From Eledone cirrhosa (lineage: Eukaryota), in contig OZ024744.1 in NCBI GenBank assembly GCA_964016885.1, positions 120,466,001 to 120,530,000 on the forward strand: a DNA stretch of 64,000 nt. Reading direction: 5' to 3'. The first letter of the stretch is position 1. The number at the start of each line of letters is the position of its first letter. The position numbers and the translations under genes were made by a program. The notes under the pieces were generated by a model that was given only the letters and a program-made list of their open reading frames with translations, searched no databases and was not told the origin of the DNA. Of the stretch, positions 57,201 through 64,000 are shown piece after piece.

Positions 57201-60200
57201 CTCAATTCAGATATTCTTTCCTGAGACATTCTAACCACATGTCATAGGATCAGACTTGTGATCTCTCAATTCAGAGATTCTTTCCTGAGATATTCTAACC
57301 ACATGTCATAGTATCAGAGCTGTGATCTCTCAATTCAGAGATTCTTTCCTGAGACATTCTAACCACATGTCACAGTATCAGAGATGTGATCTCTCAATTC
57401 AGAGATTCTTTCCTGAGACATTCTAACAACATGTCATAGTATTAGAGCTGGGATCTCTCAATTCAGAGATTATTACCTGAGACATTCTAACCGCATGTCA
57501 TAGTATCAGAGCTGTGATCTCTCAATTCAGAGATTCTTTCCTGAGACATTCTAACCACAAGTCATAGTAACAGAGCTGTGATATCTCAATTGAGAGATTC
57601 TTTCCTGAGATATGTTAACCACATATCATATTATCAGAGCTGTCATCTCTCAATTCAGAGATTCTTTCCTGAGACGTTCTAACCACATGTCATAATATCA
57701 GAGCTATGATCTCTCAATTCAGAGATTCTTTCCTGAAACATTCTAACCACATATCTGTAGTTTCAGATCTGTGATCTCTCAATTCAGAGATTCTTTCTTG
57801 AGATATTCTAACCACATGTCATAGTATCAGAGCTGTGATCTCTCAATTCAGAGATTCTTTCCTGAGACATTCTAACCACATGTCACAGTATCAGAGATGT
57901 GATCTCTCAATTCAGAGATTCTTTCCTCAGACATTCTAACCACATCTCATAGTATCAGAGCTGTGATCTCTCAATTCAGAGATTCTTTCCTGACACATTC
58001 TAACCACATGTCATAGTATCAGAGCTGTGATCTCTCAATTCAGATATTATTTCCTGAGACATTCTAACCACATGTCATAGTATCAGAGCTGTGATATCTC
58101 AATTCAGAGATTCTTTCCTGAGACATTCTAACCACATGTCTGTAGTATCAGAGCAGTATGCTCTCAATTCAGAGATTCTTTCCTGCGACATTTTAACCAC
58201 ATGTCATAGTATCGGAGCTGTCATCTCTCAATTCAGAGATTCTTTCCTGAGACATTCTAACCACATGTCATAGTATCAGTGCTGTGATCTCTCAATTCAG
58301 AGATTCTTTCTTGAGACATTCTAACCACATGTCACAGTATCAGAGGTGTGATCTCTCAATTCAGAGATTCTTTCCTCTGCCATTCTTACCACATCTCATA
58401 GTATCAGAGCTGTCATCTCTCAATTCAGAGATTCTTTCCTGAGACATTCTAACCACATGTCATAGTATCAGATCTGTGATCTCTCAATTCAGATATTCTT
58501 TCCTGAGACATTCTAACAAATGTCACAGTATCAGAGCTGTGATCTCTCAATTCAGAGATTCTTTCCTCAGACATTCTAACCACATCTCATAGTATCAGAG
58601 CTGTGATCTCTCAATTCAGAGATTCTTTCCTGAGATATTCTAACCACATGTCATAGTATCAGAACTGTGATCTCTCAATTCAGAGATTCTTTCCTGAGAC
58701 ATTCTAACCACATGTCACAGTATCAGAGCTGTGATCTCTCAATTCAGAGATTCTTTCCTCAGACATTCTAACCACATCTCATAGTATCAGAGCTGTGATC
58801 TCTCAATTCAGAGATTCTTTCCTGAGACATTCTAACCACATGTCATAGTATCAGAGCTGTGATCTCTCAATTCAGATATTCTTTCCTGAGACATTCTAAC
58901 CACATGTCATAGGATCAGAGTTGTGATCTCTCAATTCAGAAATTCTTTCCTGAGATATTCTAACCACATGTCATAATATCAGAGCTGTAATCTCTCAATT
59001 CAGAGATTCATTCCTGAGACATTCTAACCACATGTCACAGTATCAGAGCTGTGATCTCTCAATTCAGAGATTCTTTCCTCAGCCATTCTAACCACATCTC
59101 ATAGTATCAGAGCTGTGATCTCTCAATTCAGAGATTCTTTCCTGAGACATTCTAACCACATGTCATAGTATCAGAGCTGTGATCTCTCAATTCACAGATT
59201 CTTTCCTGAGACATTCTAACCACATGTCACAGTATCAGAGATGTGATCTCTCAATTCAGAGATTCTTTCCTGAGACATTCTAACCACATGTCATAGTATT
59301 AGAGCTGGGATCTCTCAATTCAGAGATTATTACCTGAGACATTCTAACCACATGTCATAGTATCAGAGCTGTGATCTCTTAATTCAGAGATTCTTTCCTG
59401 AGACATTCTAACCACAAGTCATAGTATCAGAGCTGTGATATCTCAATTGAGAGATTCTTTCCTGAGATATGTTAACCACATATCATATTATCAGAGCTGT
59501 CATCTCTCAATTCAGAGATTCTTTCCTGAGACGTTCTAACCACATGTCATAATATCAGAGCTATGATCTCTCAATTCAGAGATTCTTTCCTGAAACATTC
59601 TAACCACATATCTGTTGTTTCAGATCTGTGATCTCTCAATTCAGAGATTCTTTCCTGATACATTCTAACCACATGTCATAGTATCAGAGCTGTGATCTCT
59701 CAATTCAGAGATTCTTTCCTGAGACATTCTAACCACATGTCATAGTATCAGTGCTGTGATCTCTCAATTCAGAGATTCTTTCCTGAGATATTCTAACCAC
59801 ATGTCATAGTATCAGATCTGTGATCTCTCAATTCAGAGATTCTTTCCTCAGCCATTCTAACCACATCTCATAGTATCAGAGCTGTGATCTCTCAACTCAG
59901 AGATTCTTTCCTGAGACATTCTAACCACATGTCATAGTATCAGAGCTGTGATCTCTCAATTCAGATATTCTTTCCTGAGACATTCTAACCACATGTCATA
60001 GGATCAGATTTGTGATCTCTCAATTCAGAGATTCTTTCCTGAGATATTCTAACCACATGTCATAGTATCAGAGCTGTGATCTCTCAATTCAGAGATTCTT
60101 TCCTGAGACATTCTAACCACATGTCACAGTATCGGAGCTGTCATCTCTCAATTCAGAGATTCTTTCCTGAGACATTCTAACCACATGTCATAGTATCAGT

Positions 60201-63200
60201 GCTGTGATATCTCAATTCAGAGATTCTTTCCTGAGATATTCTAACCACATGTCATAGTATCAGATCTGTGATCTCTCAATTCAGAGATTCTTTCTTGAGA
60301 CATTCTAACTCCATGTCCACAGTATCAGAGCTGTGAACTCTCAATTCAGAGATTCTTTCCTCAGGCATTCTAACCACATCTCATAGTATCAGAGCTGTGA
60401 TCTCTCAATTCAGAGATTCTTTCCTGAGACATTCTAACCACATGTCATAGTATGAGAGCTGTGATCTCTCAATTCAGATATTATTTCCTGAGACATTCTA
60501 ACCACATGTCATAGTATCAGAGCTGTGATCTCTCAATTCAGAGATTCTTTCCTGAGACATTCTAACCACATGTCATAGTATTAGAGCTGGGATCTCTCAA
60601 TTCAGAGATTATTTCCTGAGACATTCTAACCACATGTCATAGTATCAGAGCTGTGATCTCTCAATTCAGAGATTCTTTCCTGAGACATTCTAACCACAAG
60701 TCATAGTATCAAAGATGTGATATCTCAATTGAGAGATTCTTTCCTGAGATATGTTAACCACATATCATATTATCAGAGCTGTCATCTCTCAATTCAGAGA
60801 TTCTTTCCTGAGACGTTCTAACCACATGTCATAATATCAGTGCTATGATCTCTCAATTCAGAGATTCTTTCCTGAAACATTCTAACCACATATCTGTAGT
60901 ATCAGATCTGTGATCTCTCAATTCAGAGATTCTTTCCTGATACATTCTAACTACATGTCATATTATCAGAGCTGTGATCTCTCAATTCAGAGATTCTTTC
61001 CTGAGACATTCTAACCACATGTCATAGTATCAGTGCTGTGATCTCTCAATTCAGAGATTCTTTCCCGAGATATTCTAACCACATGTCATAGTATCAGAAC
61101 TGTGATATCTCAATTCAGAGATCCTTTCCTCAGCCATTCTAACCACATCTCATAGTATCAGAGTTGTGATCTCTCAATTCAGAGATTCTTTCCTGAGACA
61201 TTCTAACCACATGTCATAGTATCAGAGCTGTGATCTCTCAATTCAGATATTCTTTCCTGAGACATTCTAACCACATGTCCTAGGATCAGATTTGTGATCT
61301 CTCAATTCAGAGATTCTTTCCTGAGATATTCTAACCACATGTCATAGTATCAGAGCTGTGATCTCTCAATTCAGAGATTCATTCCTGAGACATTCTAACC
61401 ACATGTCACAGTATCAGAGCTGTGATCTCTCAATTCAGAGATTCTTTCCTCAGCCATTCTAACCACATCTCATAGTATCAGAGCTGTGATCTCTCAATTC
61501 AGAGATTCTTTCCTGAGACATTCTAACCACATGTCATAGTATCAGAGCTGTGATCTCTCAATTCAGATATTCTTTCCTGAGACATTCTAACCACATGTCA
61601 TAGGATCAGACTTGTGATCTCTCAATTCAGAGATTCTTTCCTGAGATATTCTAACCACATGTCATAGTATCAGAGCTGTGATCTCTCAATTCAGAGATTC
61701 TTTCCTGAGACATTCTAACCACATGTCACAGTATCAGAGATGTGATCTCTCAATTCAGAGATTCTTTCCTGAGACATTCTAACAACATGTCATAGTATTA
61801 GAGCTGGGATCTCTCAATTCAGAGATTATTACCTGAGACATTCTAACCGCATGTCATAGTATCAGAGCTGTGATCTCTCAATTCAGAGATTCTTTCCTGA
61901 GACATTCTAACCACATGTCATAGTATCAGTGCTGTGATCTCTCAATTCAGAGATTCTTTCCCGAGATATTCTAACCACATGTCATAGTATCAGAACTGTG
62001 ATATCTCAATTCAGAGATCCTTTCCTCAGCCATTCTAACCACATCTCATAGTATCAGAGTTGTGATCTCTCAATTCAGAGATTCTTTCCTGAGACATTCT
62101 AACCACATGTCATAGTATCAGAGCTGTGATCTCTCAATTCAGATATTCTTTCCTGAGACATTCTAACCACATGTCCTAGGATCAGATTTGTGATCTCTCA
62201 ATTCAGAGATTCTTTCCTGAGATATTCTAACCACATGTCATAGTATCAGAGCTGTGATCTCTCAATTCAGAGATTCATTCCTGAGACATTCTAACCACAT
62301 GTCACAGTATCAGAGCTGTGATCTCTCAATTCAGAGATTCTTTCCTCAGCCATTCTAACCACATCTCATAGTATCAGAGCTGTGATCTCTCAATTCAGAG
62401 ATTCTTTCCTGAGACATTCTAACCACATGTCATAGTATCAGAGCTGTGATCTCTCAATTCAGATATTCTTTCCTGAGACATTCTAACCACATGTCATAGG
62501 ATCAGACTTGTGATCTCTCAATTCAGAGATTCTTTCCTGAGATATTCTAACCACATGTCATAGTATCAGAGCTGTGATCTCTCAATTCAGAGATTCTTTC
62601 CTGAGACATTCTAACCACATGTCACAGTATCAGAGATGTGATCTCTCAATTCAGAGATTCTTTCCTGAGACATTCTAACAACATGTCATAGTATTAGAGC
62701 TGGGATCTCTCAATTCAGAGATTATTACCTGAGACATTCTAACCGCATGTCATAGTATCAGAGCTGTGATCTCTCAATTCAGAGATTCTTTCCTGAGACA
62801 TTCTAACCACAAGTCATAGTAACAGAGCTGTGATATCTCAATTGAGAGATTCTTTCCTGAGATATGTTAACCACATATCATATTATCAGAGCTGTCATCT
62901 CTCAATTCAGAGATTCTTTCCTGAGACGTTCTAACCACATGTCATAATATCAGAGCTATGATCTCTCAATTCAGAGATTCTTTCCTGAAACATTCTAACC
63001 ACATATCTGTAGTTTCAGATCTGTGATCTCTCAATTCAGAGATTCTTTCCTGAGATATTCTAACCACATGTCATAGTATCAGAGCTGTGATCTCTCAATT
63101 CAGAGATTCTTTCCTGAGACATTCTAACCACATGTCACAGTATCAGAGATGTGATCTCTCAATTCAGAGATTCTTTCCTCAGACATTCTAACCACATCTC

Positions 63201-63870
63201 ATAGTATCAGAGCTGTGATCTCTCAATTCAGAGATTCTTTCCTGACACATTCTAACCACATGTCATAGTATCAGAGCTGTGATCTCTCAATTCAGATATT
63301 ATTTCCTGAGACATTCTAACCACATGTCATAGTATCAGAGCTGTGATATCTCAATTCAGAGATTCTTTCCTGAGACATTCTAACCACATGTCTGTAGTAT
63401 CAGAGCAGTATGCTCTCAATTCAGAGATTCTTTCCTGCGACATTTTAACTACATGTCATAGTATCGGAGCTGTCATCTCTCAATTCAGAGATTCTTTCCT
63501 GAGACATTCTAACCACATGTCATAGTATCAGTGCTGTGATCTCTCAATTCAGAGATTCTTTCTTGAGACATTCTAACCACATGTCACAGTATCAGAGGTG
63601 TGATCTCTCAATTCAGAGATTCTTTCCTCTGCCATTCTTACCACATCTCATAGTATCAGAGCTGTGATCTCTCAATTCAGAGATTCTTTCCTGAGACATT
63701 CTAACCACATGTCATAGTATCAGATCTGTGATCTCTCAATTCAGATATTCTTTCCTGAGACATTCTAACCACATGTCACAGTATCAGAGCTGTGATCTCT
63801 CAATTCAGAGATTCTTTCCTCAGACATTCTAACCACATCTCATAGTATCAGAGCTGTGATCTCTCAATTC
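54265..63870. repeat. 68-monomer (4,356-bp) tandem duplication; the second copy contains a nested 14-monomer duplication
   Basis: TCTTAATTC at 55021/59377 and GATCCTTT at 56764/61120 are offset by 4,356. ORFs 58091/63343 are offset by 5,252 (4,356 + 896). Confidence 0.9.
60992..62783. repeat. 14-monomer (896-bp) tandem duplication
   Basis: GATCCTTT at 61120/62016, GTCCTAGG at 61277/62173, and CCCGAG and AACCGCATG are each repeated at offset 896. Confidence 0.92.
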
Positions 63871-64000
63871 AGAGATTCTTTCCTGAGACATTCTAACCAC
63901 ATGTCATAGTATCAGAGCTGTGATCTCTCAATTCAGATATTCTTTCCTGAGACATTCTAACCACATGTCATAGGATCAGAGTTGTGATCTCTCAATTCAG

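Larger units (their letters stand above)
1..64000. repeat. Satellite DNA array of a 64-bp monomer, about 1,000 head-to-tail copies, open at both window edges
   Basis: The monomer start GATTCT/TATTCT recurs at 1, 65, 129, 193, 257, 321 and so on throughout. Monomers differ from consensus by a few substitutions and rare 1-2 bp indels. All copies are in the same orientation. Confidence 0.99.
1..64000. repeat. Tentative family assignment: WaluSat-like 64-bp satellite of human/ape acrocentric short arms
   Basis: Inference from the 64-bp unit, AT-rich CpG-free consensus, array longer than 64 kb and higher-order structure, matching my recollection of the 64-bp WaluSat described from the T2T-CHM13 assembly. 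Not verified by alignment, and no flanking AluSx is present in the window. Confidence 0.6.

Noticed and set aside
1968-63525. Twelve 60-77 aa ORFs (MISQFRDSFLR...)
   Set aside because: They are translations of about 3-4 satellite monomers starting at GTG. They stay open only because a 1-bp-insertion monomer shifts the frame past the usual stop. There is no promoter or RBS context and no recognisable protein similarity.
1-64000. CRISPR array (64-bp period, palindromic segment)
   Set aside because: There are no unique spacers: the whole 64 bp is repeated at high identity. No cas genes or leader are present.
1-64000. Alpha satellite / CENP-B box centromere
   Set aside because: The unit is 64 bp, not 171 bp. 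No TTCG....A..CGGG motif is seen, and CpG is nearly absent.
1-64000. Beta satellite (68-bp Sau3A family) or HSat2/3
   Set aside because: The period is 64 bp, not 68 bp, and I see no resemblance beyond a GATC site. CATTC/GATTC occur only as isolated words, not as (CATTC)n runs.
1-64000. tRNA, snoRNA or miRNA tandem gene cluster
   Set aside because: There is no cloverleaf or Pol III A/B boxes, the stems are too short for pre-miRNA, and nothing in the sequence indicates transcription.
1-64000. G-quadruplex, telomeric repeat or embedded transposon
   Set aside because: There are no clustered G-tracts (only isolated GGG variants). CTAACC is a single telomere-like word per monomer and is not tandem. 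No non-satellite sequence was seen.

Overview
The whole 64 kb window is one uninterrupted, head-to-tail tandem satellite array, with no inversion, transposon insertion or unique sequence visible. It holds about 1,000 copies of a 64-bp monomer (consensus GATTCTTTCCTGAGACATTCTAACCACATGTCATAGTATCAGAGCTGTGATCTCTCAATTCAGA; 25/64 G+C; no CpG). No genes, RNAs or CRISPR are supported, and the 12 listed ORFs are artefacts of variant monomers. The monomer length and array size fit the primate acrocentric short-arm satellite WaluSat, but that is an inference needing a database check. The structure of interest is internal. (1) A basic 5-monomer (320-bp) higher-order unit is overlaid by nested tandem duplications of 8 to 104 monomers whose relative order can partly be read from shared variants. 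(2) Diagnostic variants turn over from left to right. (3) The monomer is tiled by three quasi-palindromes, and several recurrent variant monomers carry clustered or compensatory changes that perfect hairpins, a template-switch-like signature. (4) Nearly every monomer carries a RUNX-type AACCACA overlapping an E-box.
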